Shown piece by piece: positions 1 to 9,405 of a stretch of 64,000 bases of DNA. A program made the position numbers and the translations under genes. Source of the DNA: an uncultured Rhodobacterales bacterium (GTDB lineage Bacteria > Pseudomonadota > Alphaproteobacteria > Rhodobacterales > Rhodobacteraceae); contig CAZCPY010000001.1 of assembly GCA_964499865.1 (NCBI GenBank), positions 102,238-166,237 of the forward strand, in the 5' to 3' direction. The notes beneath the pieces are model-generated. The model did no database searches. It was not told where the DNA came from and worked only from the letters and a program-made list of their open reading frames with translations. The stretch's first letter is position 1. Each line of letters opens with the position of its first letter.

Positions 1-15
1 ACGAGCGAGTGCCTC

Positions 16-648
16 GTGGCACCAACGGATCCTACCAACTTAGCGCTACAGAGGAAACTTCAGATTCAGTTCATAGACGATGTATCTGAGCGCGCCTACC
101 TCTCGGCACTTAAGAATCCGGATATAGCAGAATCTCGTCGAAATCAATATCGTAGGCGATTAGCTGCAAGACGGAACGAGATTGGACAGGTCTACAAGTC
201 TACGGCGCCGAGTATAGACTTCAATTCGCCGATAGACGCCTCATTGCTTGGAGAAGTACTGTCTCTATCTAATCTCGATATCACCGACTTCCTTGACGGG
301 CTTACACAAGTTGATCCGAATCAGGCCGGAGCTTACGGCACGCCTTCTCCAGAGGATTCATTTGATCTTGATCAAATCGATGCGACAGCTGTGCCTGAGA
401 TAACAACTAACGCGCTAGCAACAGGCGAGAAGCCCGTTTGGTGGGTCAGTGGCATTAATTTTCCATTGACGTTTGTGACTACAACGGCCGTACAACTTCC
501 TAAGCTTCGTATAGCCGCTACAGAATACCAGCGACAACAGCTGATTAAGCTGCTAGGTATACCTTCGGGCGCCGACGAATCGGACTTCCTTAACAAAGAC
601 CAACTGCAGGCACTTAATAATCTCGCGACCAGTCTAGTAAAATTCTAA
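16..648 (+). CDS. hypothetical protein, probably 5'-truncated by the window edge
   Basis: Frame is open from nt 1, with no stop before the GTG at 16. The stop at 646-648 lies 1 nt before the ATG of the next + gene. Confidence 0.5.
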   Translation: MAPTDPTNLALQRKLQIQFIDDVSERAYLSALKNPDIAESRRNQYRRRLAARRNEIGQVYKSTAPSIDFNSPIDASLLGEVLSLSNLDITDFLDGLTQVDPNQAGAYGTPSPEDSFDLDQIDATAVPEITTNALATGEKPVWWVSGINFPLTFVTTTAVQLPKLRIAATEYQRQQLIKLLGIPSGADESDFLNKDQLQALNNLATSLVKF

Positions 649-649
649 T

Positions 650-3600
650 ATGGCAACCATCGGCGGAAAAACAATCATTCTAAACTCTACAGTTGAGACG
701 TTCTTCACAGGAACTAATAAGGTAGTCATGCGCGCCGTGGATGCGTATGATAACGTATATACGGCTAGTATCTCTCCGAATTTATCAAACAGCAGCTCGT
801 ATGTCGTAGAAAAAGCCGGTAGCCAAATGGCTACTGTGAGAACTCACAATGTTCTGTTCGGAACTACGATCACCACTCCGGCCAAGCTTCTAGATCGTTT
901 CTTCGCCGTTCACGCGTTCTGGACATTCATCGCTGGGCGTCCAGTTCTCGAGCTGGCGTTAAATATCCACAACAGTGCAATAGACCCGGCGCAGATAGAT
1001 GAGGTACAGGCTGCGGGCCAGGCAGTGCTAATCAATCGCTCGACTATGGCTGATCTGTACTTCAAGCGCGTCGAGATCGTGCTTGAAGGCACCACGATGA
1101 ATAGAGTCCTAACGATTCCGGAATACCTGGATAATGGGGTTACAAACGTTTTAGGTAATAACGTATGGACTATGTGGCGCGAAGAGCCGGGCGGCACACC
1201 GTATAGGATCGTAGGTACTCAATCTGACCTAACTGCGCCGGTCGGAACTCTCCATTCACTGCACCAAAATGCAGAGCGGCAGCATAGAGCGGTGTTATAT
1301 GTCGTTGGCGGCAATAATTTACAAGAAGCCCAATGTCTAGCGCGCCTAGAGGGTTTTGGAGTCGCGCGCGCCAGCGTAAACGAACAACTAGAGCCGACAT
1401 GGTCCTGGCAAAACCAAAACTGCGCAGGCTACGAAGTTCAACGGCACCTTGTACCATCTCCAGAGTCTGTAGCTAATATAGCATCGACTATCGAAGGCCT
1501 TCAGTATACGACGTTTTTCAATGGATTATCTAACGGTACCCGAATTAATCCGACAGCGGGCGGCCTGTCTGTAGATGATGAATCCACGTTAGGTTATAGG
1601 TTAGGTATATTTCATCCGGTCGGATTCATATACGGAGGTTCAACTGGCGGTAATGGTATCTTTCAGACGTTCGGATCTGAGATAACGGCCTGTAACTCAA
1701 CTAAAGGCATACTGTGGGCCATGATGAGAGACCGCTGTGCGAACGATCGAAGTAGTGACGGCATGTATACATATACTGGCGAGCCGCTATCACTCGAGGC
1801 GTTAGAGAATCCAGGCGCCGTAGCCGACAAATTCAAATTCCTAAACGCCGCTGGCTACGGCCAAGTATGGAATGGCTTCCGCCCGCTGCGTCAGGGTTTG
1901 TTCAACCACTTTGACTGGAACAGCTCTCGCATCGGCGATCTTGACGAACCGTTCGGACACGCATTCGCACTTGCTGGCGCTAGTGGCCAATACCACAGTA
2001 TTCCGTCTGATAAGATTCCATACTATGTGAACGCGCCGGCCCGCTTGCTGAGCTGCGCATCGGTGCCTCCTAACGTGGATCTGGACGTCCCCGCTAATAA
2101 GATAGGCGCGACCGGTGATCCGGACATCAACGATATAACGCCTATTTTGAATGTTTACAGCTCGCAATGGGGTAATAGCTCTGGCGGCGGCGCCAAGATC
2201 AGTACGTACGTCTGGTCACACATTACGCGTAGAGTGTTTAGCTTGCGCCCGCTCGTTTACCTACTAAACGATCCGATGGCCAAGCTTAAGATATTGGCCT
2301 TAGCGCAACAAGAGCGTATATATCTACCTGATAAGGCTGTCAACTACAAGGGCGCGCCGGCGACGACTCGTAACAAAGCCGACAAAGAGTCTACGTTTGT
2401 TAGAGCGTTCAGGATAATGCAAGCTAGCCCAGTGTCTCGCAATAGGGGTTTCGATATTGGGCGAGCAGAGGGCTGGTGGCTGCATCTGGTATCCGAGGGC
2501 TTATATCTATCGCCGCCGAGCTCGCCCGCTAGAGCTGCCCTAAAGGAAGCGCTAGACCGCGCGCTTGAAGTGTGCGCACTGATTCAGATGCCTAACGGAT
2601 TCTTCCAGGGTCGATATAGTCCTCAAATCGGCGGTTATGCTCAAACTACGTATGGGTGCCGCGCCGCTCAGATTATGGAGCACGGCATATTCACGAACGG
2701 CCTGTTAAGTGCTTACAAGGCAGCTTACGCTGGCCAGGAAGCGCCTGGAAATATTGCTGAGACCGCGCGTAACGTAACGAAACTAGCGGCAGAGATGATT
2801 TGGAAGTATGCGTGGGCATTTAAGAACGCAGACAATACTCAGTTTGTCGCTAATGATAACGGAAGCGAGTCCGGCCGCAGACCGATGGGCGGCCCTTTCA
2901 CTAATTTCCCAGTATCACCTTACTACAGGTTACAAGGAAACGCCTTTACAAATCCAGTTACTACTCCTGCTAACAAATACACGTTCACGAGCCAGGTGGA
3001 GATTCCTCCGCCGGCTCTCGAAGGTAATCTGTGGGGCTACGGTATACCCAGGTCTAACACAGCGGCTGTCACTCAGTTCACGCTACCGTTCATTCCGCAA
3101 ATACTGCGACCCTATCAAGATACCGGTAACAGCAATAGAGTAGGCTTGGAAGTTGTATTTTCTGCGCCTGGAGACTTTACTAATTCGAACTTGCCGTTCT
3201 TCTTGCAGCCGAACGTGCAAAACTATACGGGCCTCTCTATAACGAACACGTATACTGGTAACAAGTCTTGGATAAACTTGTTCTCGTCTGTTGTTGCCGG
3301 GCGGCCTATGACGTACGTTAATAATTCGAAAGTGTTTAGCGGCGGGTCGACTACCTTTACCTATAGGTACAGACCCTGGGATGTCACGACGGCGCCCGCG
3401 TATAACGCCTCAACCATGGCTGATCTAGTGTTTGGTTTTGATTTCGACAATACGGCGCAACTGTACGCGACTCCGTTGGCACTATATTCGGGTGTTCCTG
3501 CGTCTGAGTTCTCTGATCCAGAGTCTAGCTGGCCTTATCCGTTGTCTTCCTGGCAGGATCCGTATCCTTTACAGAACAAGCCGTCATTTCCCAAGAACTT

Positions 3601-3931
3601 CTCTGTGGGCTCGCTCGCTAATCTAGCGGCGTGCGGGTATAAAGTCGCACCAAAGAATTTCACGCAAGGTTCGTTCCAGCTAGAGCTTGATAACTTCCAT
3701 ATCATGATAGTTCTGGTAGAGGCTGCGAGAGCTATTCCCACGGCTGATCAACCGGCCTTGTTGCGCGCCATCAGAGCTATGATTCGTAACGACGCGAATA
3801 ACTTCGAAGCTTCACTGGACAGTCTTATTAAGAGCGCCATTTCTAGTGCTGGTGGTAAATACCATATAGCGCAGTTGGCGCCAGCGGCCGCCTGGATTGA
3901 AGCTGCCCCGAACTTATTCGCTGGTCTATGA
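650..3931 (+). CDS. large protein of unknown function (1093 aa), possibly virion-associated or enzymatic
   Basis: Uninterrupted 3.3-kb ORF with an ATG directly after the upstream stop, followed by a hairpin terminator. I cannot name any signature motif. Confidence 0.75.
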   Translation: MATIGGKTIILNSTVETFFTGTNKVVMRAVDAYDNVYTASISPNLSNSSSYVVEKAGSQMATVRTHNVLFGTTITTPAKLLDRFFAVHAFWTFIAGRPVLELALNIHNSAIDPAQIDEVQAAGQAVLINRSTMADLYFKRVEIVLEGTTMNRVLTIPEYLDNGVTNVLGNNVWTMWREEPGGTPYRIVGTQSDLTAPVGTLHSLHQNAERQHRAVLYVVGGNNLQEAQCLARLEGFGVARASVNEQLEPTWSWQNQNCAGYEVQRHLVPSPESVANIASTIEGLQYTTFFNGLSNGTRINPTAGGLSVDDESTLGYRLGIFHPVGFIYGGSTGGNGIFQTFGSEITACNSTKGILWAMMRDRCANDRSSDGMYTYTGEPLSLEALENPGAVADKFKFLNAAGYGQVWNGFRPLRQGLFNHFDWNSSRIGDLDEPFGHAFALAGASGQYHSIPSDKIPYYVNAPARLLSCASVPPNVDLDVPANKIGATGDPDINDITPILNVYSSQWGNSSGGGAKISTYVWSHITRRVFSLRPLVYLLNDPMAKLKILALAQQERIYLPDKAVNYKGAPATTRNKADKESTFVRAFRIMQASPVSRNRGFDIGRAEGWWLHLVSEGLYLSPPSSPARAALKEALDRALEVCALIQMPNGFFQGRYSPQIGGYAQTTYGCRAAQIMEHGIFTNGLLSAYKAAYAGQEAPGNIAETARNVTKLAAEMIWKYAWAFKNADNTQFVANDNGSESGRRPMGGPFTNFPVSPYYRLQGNAFTNPVTTPANKYTFTSQVEIPPPALEGNLWGYGIPRSNTAAVTQFTLPFIPQILRPYQDTGNSNRVGLEVVFSAPGDFTNSNLPFFLQPNVQNYTGLSITNTYTGNKSWINLFSSVVAGRPMTYVNNSKVFSGGSTTFTYRYRPWDVTTAPAYNASTMADLVFGFDFDNTAQLYATPLALYSGVPASEFSDPESSWPYPLSSWQDPYPLQNKPSFPKNFSVGSLANLAACGYKVAPKNFTQGSFQLELDNFHIMIVLVEAARAIPTADQPALLRAIRAMIRNDANNFEASLDSLIKSAISSAGGKYHIAQLAPAAAWIEAAPNLFAGL

Positions 3932-3934
3932 CGT

Positions 3935-3968
3935 AAAAAAAAAAGAGAGCCGCGTTTCGGCGGCTCTC
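3935..3968 (-). terminator. Rho-independent terminator between convergent genes
   Basis: GAGAGCCGC-GTTTCG-GCGGCTCTC forms a 9-bp stem at 3945-3968. It is preceded on the + strand by A10 (3935-3944), which gives a T10 tail on the minus strand after gene 3978..5153. Confidence 0.7.
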
Positions 3969-3977
3969 TCTATTCAT

Positions 3978-5153
3978 TCAAACTGCGTAGTCATCGTACG
4001 GCAGTTTACTCGACGAGCTCGGCACAGCTCTCAGTGTGAAAGGCGCATACGTAGCAAGATACGTGCCGTCGTCTTGCATTTTGAAGTCTCCAGGGCTGAT
4101 GTCGAACGCCATTTGAACGTTGGCCCCGGCCGGAACGATTTTGGTCGTATCGGCGGCGTCAGCGTCATCGTCATCAGCATTTCTACGGTATCGAGTGAAG
4201 TTGGTGACGACGAATCCATGCGTAAGGAGTTCTTCCTTTGTCGTCGACTCCGCCGTGATACCGTATACGTAGACCCCGTTGTAGCGACATTTGCTGGGAT
4301 TTCCTTCGAGGCTATTCGGAGAAATCACCAATCCTCTGACCAGGGAGATCGACGATTCGAACAACAACCCAAATTCCGCGTATTCGCGTTGAATGTTGAG
4401 AACGCTCAGAGCGTCCTTAACAGTGGCGCGCGGGTTGAAGTCGAGCTCGTCGATTAGCGTCATGATTGAGTCGTAACCGGTACCGGTCAGCTCAGCCACG
4501 ATGTCGTCGAATTCCTCCTTCGTGATCGACCGTTTGAGATTGTCGGTCACGATCTGCAGCAGCTCCTTACCAGACAGGCCACCGTACGAGAAATGGTATC
4601 TGGCGCGATCAGGCCGTCCGAAAAACTCGCTTCGGATCTTTTCCTTACTGTTCGCCAGAATGACGTATAGGTTCCCGCCGCCAATAGAGCCGTCAAGGAT
4701 CGACAACAGCGGCACCTGATCGTCTTCGTCGTAGTGCTTCTCGAATTCATCGAAACACACCACCACCGGCGAGGTCAGGTTGTTGAGGAACGTCTGCAAA
4801 GCGCTACCACTGATGGTCGTCGTGATATGCAGGACGGAAATTCCCGCTTTGATCATCCGATCAGCGACGATGTTGGCGGTCATCGTCTTTCCGCTTCCTC
4901 GCAGGCCGGTCAGCAGAACACCCATTTGCTTGTTCGGCCGACGCACATAGGCATCGACGATCCTGTCAGCGATTTGCTGCGCGTTTCCGTACAGTTTTGT
5001 CGGAATCGCAGCCGGGTTGTTGATCGGGCGGAGGCACACGTTCCCGTCACCGTCGATCATGACTTTGTAGTGTCCGACCGGCAGATTCGGATTCAGGCTG
5101 CTGAAGTTGTGGGCGTAGATGTTCCCACCGCTGTTCGAGAAGAGCGCGTTCAT
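3978..5153 (-). CDS. AAA+ family ATPase
   Basis: Walker A GLRGSGKT and Walker B VVVCFDEFEK at typical AAA+ spacing. ATG start. Confidence 0.8.
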   Translation of the reverse strand: MNALFSNSGGNIYAHNFSSLNPNLPVGHYKVMIDGDGNVCLRPINNPAAIPTKLYGNAQQIADRIVDAYVRRPNKQMGVLLTGLRGSGKTMTANIVADRMIKAGISVLHITTTISGSALQTFLNNLTSPVVVCFDEFEKHYDEDDQVPLLSILDGSIGGGNLYVILANSKEKIRSEFFGRPDRARYHFSYGGLSGKELLQIVTDNLKRSITKEEFDDIVAELTGTGYDSIMTLIDELDFNPRATVKDALSVLNIQREYAEFGLLFESSISLVRGLVISPNSLEGNPSKCRYNGVYVYGITAESTTKEELLTHGFVVTNFTRYRRNADDDDADAADTTKIVPAGANVQMAFDISPGDFKMQDDGTYLATYAPFTLRAVPSSSSKLPYDDYAV

Positions 5154-5239
5154 GTTTGGTTCGGGGACGGAGGTAGAGAACTGTGTCTCAGTCTGAATTT
5201 AGGTTTTGTAGTACGTTGCGCATGGCGGCCCGCTGCAGG

Positions 5240-5614
5240 TCAGGGCCTTGGCGTCTTGGTCATCAGAAGCTGGATTTCTTTTCCATCCGACAGTATGGTG
5301 CAGCTGAACCCGACGAAATCTGGGAACCAGAGCACTCCTACCTCTATGGTCGGTATTGCTTCGTCATATTCAGGCAACTCGTAAAGACAGATACGAGGAG
5401 GTCTGTCCGCAGCGAGTGAGTCGCCATCTCTGTGGACGTAATCTATCATTGCGCAGAGCCTGTGGTGTTTCGAGCTAGCCACCTCTAAGGTGAACAGGGC
5501 GATGTGCTCTGTACAGTGCTCCGCGTGCGCGTACACCGTTGGTTTGACGTGTTGTGTATCACCCTCCACTCTGATGAGCCGGTATGTTAGCCCTTTTATT
5601 GTTTTTGTTTCCAT
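5240..5614 (-). CDS. hypothetical protein
   Basis: 124-aa ORF with ATG start, co-oriented in the minus-strand block. Shares an FPDF(V/T)G(F/W) patch with the 5956..6441 product. Confidence 0.55.
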   Translation of the reverse strand: METKTIKGLTYRLIRVEGDTQHVKPTVYAHAEHCTEHIALFTLEVASSKHHRLCAMIDYVHRDGDSLAADRPPRICLYELPEYDEAIPTIEVGVLWFPDFVGFSCTILSDGKEIQLLMTKTPRP

Positions 5615-5619
5615 TTTTG

Positions 5620-5901
5620 CTAGGTTTTCAGACTCTGTATGGCGGGCCTGTCGTTTAGTCGACAGAACTCCAGGTATTCGAATTCCGGCTCGCCGAGTTC
5701 ATACAGATTACCGTATGCATTCAAGGCGAACCGAGTATCGATACCGACGCGGATGATTGGTCCGGTATACAGAACGTGCGCCTCCTTTCCAGCCGCATAC
5801 GCGTGGCCACAGAGGAGAATATCTCCCCTGTTACTCGCGTCTTCGATCGGAACGTACTCGCCGTCCTCACTAACCAGACTCCAGTTTTCCATCAGTTTCA
5901 T
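5620..5901 (-). CDS. hypothetical protein
   Basis: The ORF track starts at the GTG at 5925, inside the promoter-like motif. I prefer the first ATG (MKLMENW) at 5901. Confidence 0.5.
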   Translation of the reverse strand: MKLMENWSLVSEDGEYVPIEDASNRGDILLCGHAYAAGKEAHVLYTGPIIRVGIDTRFALNAYGNLYELGEPEFEYLEFCRLNDRPAIQSLKT

Positions 5902-5923
5902 GTGACTTAAAGTGGCACCATTC

Positions 5924-5936
5924 ACTTATGCCACAA
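5924..5936 (-). promoter_or_regulatory. promoter-like motif TTGTGGCATAAGT (minus strand)
   Basis: One of about 12 same-orientation copies of this motif upstream of minus-strand genes. An A7 tract lies about 10 nt upstream. Confidence 0.4.
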
Positions 5937-5955
5937 CTGCGCGAGGTTTTTTTCG

Positions 5956-6441
5956 TTACAGGGAGCTCAGCGGCACAGTAAACGTAACCGGAGCGAATCG
6001 ACGAACTAAGGCCAGTTGAACTGGCGGCCAAGGCTTCTTGCGTGAGCGTCCACGGGCCGGTGCGAATGAGTGGTCTGTCGCGCTGTGTCTACCAGCACTG
6101 ACACGCCAACCCGTAAAATCCGGGAAAGAGATAGTGACCTCGTTCGACGGTTCCCTCCCATCTTCGGAGTAAAACCAATTTTCGAAGGTGGCCATGGCGC
6201 GCTGACGTTCGATCGGGAGATGGTTGTCTGCGTTCATGTGAGTACTATCCAGATTCAGGGTGTAGCCGTGTTCGGAGAGATCTTCTAGGTGAAGATACAC
6301 GAGGTTGTCTGTGATGTGCTCCGGAAGAGCAACTGCGTAAGAACTGATGATGTTCTCATGCCCATGTACTTCGAAAAGTACATACTTTCGCGATCCGATT
6401 GTGATTTCTCTCATGGTGTGGCGTAACTCAGACAGGATCAA
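5956..6441 (-). CDS. hypothetical protein
   Basis: 161-aa ORF. Alternative start MREITIG at 6412 would remove the 14-nt overlap with the upstream gene. Confidence 0.55.
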   Translation of the reverse strand: MILSELRHTMREITIGSRKYVLFEVHGHENIISSYAVALPEHITDNLVYLHLEDLSEHGYTLNLDSTHMNADNHLPIERQRAMATFENWFYSEDGREPSNEVTISFPDFTGWRVSAGRHSATDHSFAPARGRSRKKPWPPVQLALVRRFAPVTFTVPLSSL

Positions 6442-6757
6442 GAAGGCGGTCGCATTCTTTAATCGCGTTGTCGAGCAGTTCGAGGATGTCTTCTTGAGTG
6501 ACGCCAGGTTTATCGTTGTACCGCGCGAGGCCGTCTGAATTGCCAGCAGGCATCACGTTTCGGAGAGCTTGCGCGGCTGCGCCTACTTTGGCCACAGAAA
6601 AGTCCGTATCATCCATTTGCTCACACAGAGCCCACACAAGGCAGACAGATCCAGCATCGTTTTTTGCTTTGCCTTTACTCCAGTCGTTCGGATTCTGCAG
6701 CCTTTCCCGCGTTTTTTGTAATACGCTTAGTGCGAGTGCAGCAGTTGACACGCTCAT
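6428..6757 (-). CDS. hypothetical protein (start trimmed)
   Basis: The ATG at 6757 (MSVSTAAL) forms an ATGA overlap with the upstream stop at 6754. Contains a W-x-K-G...G-x-x-C-L-x-x-A patch seen in small phage proteins. Confidence 0.55.
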   Translation of the reverse strand: MSVSTAALALSVLQKTRERLQNPNDWSKGKAKNDAGSVCLVWALCEQMDDTDFSVAKVGAAAQALRNVMPAGNSDGLARYNDKPGVTQEDILELLDNAIKECDRLLDPV

Positions 6758-7314
6758 GGCGGTCCGGTTATCGTTGGGTTGAACCACGCCGGTTGTTCTC
6801 TGATCGTCCATTTTGCGAAAGAGTGTTTGTAGCGGTTGTAGTAGTTTCGGTACGCAGTTACAACGGACGGATCCTTACAATCGTCCGGCATAGCCTGCAC
6901 GAATGGTACATAATTAGGGGTTAACGGAATATTTTCCGGCGTATACCACAAGAATTGTCGCAGCTCCTGACACTTGTGAAGCTTACCGTATCGAAATGTG
7001 TACTCTTCTAGCAGGTGACGGAACAACGTAAACGTCCACTCATACGTGAATGTATTTTGCCTGACCCACACACTGCACGGGTGGTTTATGTGACTCACCT
7101 TGTACAAGGCGTTGTTCCGCTCAGGCATCCTAAGCTGGTACGGTCGCACTATGGTCCCGCCGGCGCCGTCATCAACTTCTACGGGCCGCCCGTCGAGCAC
7201 TCGATGCGCTGTAGATAGCAGCTGCGCCGTTTCAAGTACCATCTTTACGACGTGCTTGTCACAATGCATCTTGGCCGCCTCTATGGGGTCATAGGCCAAT
7301 ACAAAGATGTTCAT
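6754..7314 (-). CDS. conserved phage/giant-virus protein (N-terminus MNIFVLAYDPIEAAKMHCDKHVVKM)
   Basis: The internal ATG at 7314 forms an ATGA overlap with the upstream stop at 7311. I recall this N-terminal pattern from a widespread viral family sometimes annotated as pyrimidine-dimer glycosylase-like. Function not verified. Confidence 0.6.
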   Translation of the reverse strand: MNIFVLAYDPIEAAKMHCDKHVVKMVLETAQLLSTAHRVLDGRPVEVDDGAGGTIVRPYQLRMPERNNALYKVSHINHPCSVWVRQNTFTYEWTFTLFRHLLEEYTFRYGKLHKCQELRQFLWYTPENIPLTPNYVPFVQAMPDDCKDPSVVTAYRNYYNRYKHSFAKWTIREQPAWFNPTITGPP

Positions 7315-8006
7315 TCGTCGCGCAGCTCGTGCCTTAGGTTTGTGTCTTCTACCATGTATAGGCCGTCCGTAACAGTAACTACGAACGGGCCTCGAAGCCT
7401 GGGATGATACATATCCTGGCACGCGGCGTTAATTCGCATCGGCGATTGGCCGCTGTCTGTGACGACTCCGCCAGATGCTCCTCGTGACTCATGTATATGT
7501 CCGCAGACGTGAAGCCGAAAGTTCACGTCTTTCAGCCTCTCTGCCAAGTACGGGCAGCCCACACGAGGTGATGCGATATCCACGACATCATGCACGCCAA
7601 ATGCAGGACAGTGCGTTACAACGATGTCCACCGTATCTGGTATCTGGTCCCAGTATTGCTTGATTTCTGGTCCGTGAACATTGAAGGCCCAGCCGTGAAA
7701 GTACGGTTGAAATGAAGACCCAAAAATTTTCAATCCGGCCACATCCGCCAATCCTTGAATCAAGATGTGCGTATTCCTGAATAATCTATGCGCCTGGTCC
7801 GGTTTTCTTTGAAATAACCAGTCGTGATTACCTGGAATAAACACTTTGTGCTCGAACTCTTGCTTATTCCACCACTGAGCAAATTGGTTGGTCTGATCTT
7901 CTGTGCCGTAAGGAGTCGCGTCTCCTGCATGAATTAGCACATCTCCGGAAAGGTCACCTAATTGTTTGTGGTAGCCATGAGTGTCGCTGATTAGCACTAT
8001 CTTCAT
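7311..8006 (-). CDS. calcineurin-like metallophosphoesterase
   Basis: Motifs ISDTHG, GDATPYG, GNHD, VVTHCP and GHIHE in canonical order. Confidence 0.8.
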   Translation of the reverse strand: MKIVLISDTHGYHKQLGDLSGDVLIHAGDATPYGTEDQTNQFAQWWNKQEFEHKVFIPGNHDWLFQRKPDQAHRLFRNTHILIQGLADVAGLKIFGSSFQPYFHGWAFNVHGPEIKQYWDQIPDTVDIVVTHCPAFGVHDVVDIASPRVGCPYLAERLKDVNFRLHVCGHIHESRGASGGVVTDSGQSPMRINAACQDMYHPRLRGPFVVTVTDGLYMVEDTNLRHELRDE

Positions 8007-8027
8007 ATATGTAAAGTAGATGAAAGC

Positions 8028-8061
8028 ACCATAAGGCGCACCTTATAGTGCGCCTTATGGT
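8028..8061 (-). terminator. strong hairpin (14-bp stem, 6-nt loop), candidate terminator
   Basis: ACCATAAGGCGCAC-CTTATA-GTGCGCCTTATGGT lies between the stop at 8068 and the start at 8006. The downstream T-tract is only modest. Confidence 0.5.
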
Positions 8062-8067
8062 TACCGA

Positions 8068-8574
8068 TCAGTTCAGACCACTCTCGGTACGGCCGACCGT
8101 ATCCCAGCTGAAGGTCTCAGTATGCCCGCCAGTCTGTTGTGTGGCGTGAGCCATGGGCGCGGCCCGAACCTGCGAGGGATCCAGGTCATTCAGGCGCTTC
8201 AGTTCGTTCTGAACGCTACGCAGGGTGTCCTGTACCTGCGCCAGCTCGGAGGCGAACTGGGTACGCCGACGGTTCAACCGCTCTTGCACATTGCTAGCGC
8301 GCTCGCGGCCCTCCGCTTCGGTTTCGAAATGCGCGAATGTGGCCGTAAAGCCATCGAGCTGTGTCATGACAGCATTACGCTCTTTCATGACGTTTCCAAT
8401 CGACTTGGCGTAGTACAACAGGTTAGACGGTAGAACGACCGTTGACATTCTAACGCCGGGGCGCGGGTCAAGATTACGTTCGTTGATCTCCGTCGTCACA
8501 ATGTCGTTTTGGTTGATGAAACCCGCCGGAGCAAATTGGAAGCTTGTTTGGTTCTGCATAATAGTTGAATTCAA
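8068..8574 (-). CDS. hypothetical protein (coiled-coil C-terminal half)
   Basis: 168-aa ORF with ATG start, flanked by hairpins on both sides. Confidence 0.6.
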   Translation of the reverse strand: MNSTIMQNQTSFQFAPAGFINQNDIVTTEINERNLDPRPGVRMSTVVLPSNLLYYAKSIGNVMKERNAVMTQLDGFTATFAHFETEAEGRERASNVQERLNRRRTQFASELAQVQDTLRSVQNELKRLNDLDPSQVRAAPMAHATQQTGGHTETFSWDTVGRTESGLN

Positions 8575-8655
8575 TTGTGTTTGTTGAGACTACCGGAATA
8601 AAGAAATCTATTCCAGGTAGAGTTGTTTCTATCATCTTGTAAAGATAGAAGAAGT

Positions 8656-8688
8656 AAGGGCTACCCGGCATTGCGTCGGGTAGCCCTT
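8656..8688 (-). terminator. hairpin terminator candidate
   Basis: AAGGGCTACCCG-GCATTGCGT-CGGGTAGCCCTT forms a 12-bp stem directly after the stop at 8695. T-rich sequence follows on the minus strand. Confidence 0.5.
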
Positions 8689-8694
8689 GGTTTG

Positions 8695-9174
8695 TCAGAG
8701 GCGTTCTTCTTTGGGGGTACCCCAGTAGAAGATCCACCTGAGCGGGCGACTCAGTGCCCGCCAGTAGCGTCGAAGAACCGCCTTGAACGACGGCACGCTC
8801 TTCTTGCCGTTAGCGGCTTTTCGCTCCGCGGCGGTGGCCAGGTAAATGACTGCCAGCCGCTCATCGAATGAGACTCCGAAGTCTTTTGGCAGTACCCGCC
8901 AGCCGGTCAACAAGTTACCACCGTGCGGGCTGTCGAGAAGGTAGCAGTCCTCGTTGTCGTACCAGGCCAGCGTGCGCCCTGTCTCTTCGGACGCCCACTG
9001 AGCGGCGTCACGGACATTTCGGAAGAAGCGGGTCTTTTCACCCACCTCGACCTTGACGTCGAGTGCCCTTGCGAATCCCAGGATCGTCCTGGCATCCTCT
9101 GTCTTGCTGCCGAACTCTGTGATCTTGTCCAAACCACGTTCGGCCAGCCGGATCCAGTCTGTCTTTCCAGCCAT
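8695..9174 (-). CDS. hypothetical protein
   Basis: 159-aa ORF with ATG start and an AGGAG-like sequence upstream (gagattagag on the minus strand). Confidence 0.6.
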   Translation of the reverse strand: MAGKTDWIRLAERGLDKITEFGSKTEDARTILGFARALDVKVEVGEKTRFFRNVRDAAQWASEETGRTLAWYDNEDCYLLDSPHGGNLLTGWRVLPKDFGVSFDERLAVIYLATAAERKAANGKKSVPSFKAVLRRYWRALSRPLRWIFYWGTPKEERL

Positions 9175-9242
9175 CTCTAATCTCCTGTAGAGTTGTAGTA
9201 AGTCCAGTTACTACTCTGTGACCAGTAAAGCACCAGTCATAT

Positions 9243-9254
9243 ACTTATGCCACA
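9243..9254 (-). promoter_or_regulatory. promoter-like motif TGTGGCATAAGT
   Basis: Minus strand reads CGAAAAAAGGGCTAAAATGTGGCATAAGTAT, about 70 nt upstream of the start at 9174. Confidence 0.4.
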
Positions 9255-9278
9255 TTTTAGCCCTTTTTTCGCCGCGTA

Positions 9279-9401
9279 TCAGCAGAGTAAAGAGCAGAAT
9301 AGCCAAATCAGGAACTTACCGATCATGAATAACCAGATAAGTGTGAGAATGACTATCACTGACGTGGCTATACGATCGTATGTTCTGGGTTCTAAATTCA
9401 A
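9279..9401 (-). CDS. possible 40-aa hydrophobic micro-protein
   Basis: TTG start just after the ThyX-like stop. Product is MNLEPRTYDRIATSVIVILTLIWLFMIGKFLIWLFCSLLC, with one transmembrane-like stretch. Not in the ORF track because it is under 60 aa. Confidence 0.3.
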   Translation of the reverse strand: MNLEPRTYDRIATSVIVILTLIWLFMIGKFLIWLFCSLLC

Positions 9402-9405
9402 GAGG

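Noticed and set aside
4734-5384. 216-aa + strand ORF antisense to the AAA+ ATPase gene, plus other antisense ORFs (3897..4457 and 4501..4719).
   Set aside because: The minus-strand frame carries clear Walker A and B motifs. The antisense products are low-complexity and Arg-rich.
8474-8737. 87-aa minus ORF bridging genes 8068..8574 and 8695..9174.
   Set aside because: It overlaps both neighbours and runs straight through the 12-bp-stem terminator hairpin at 8656-8688.
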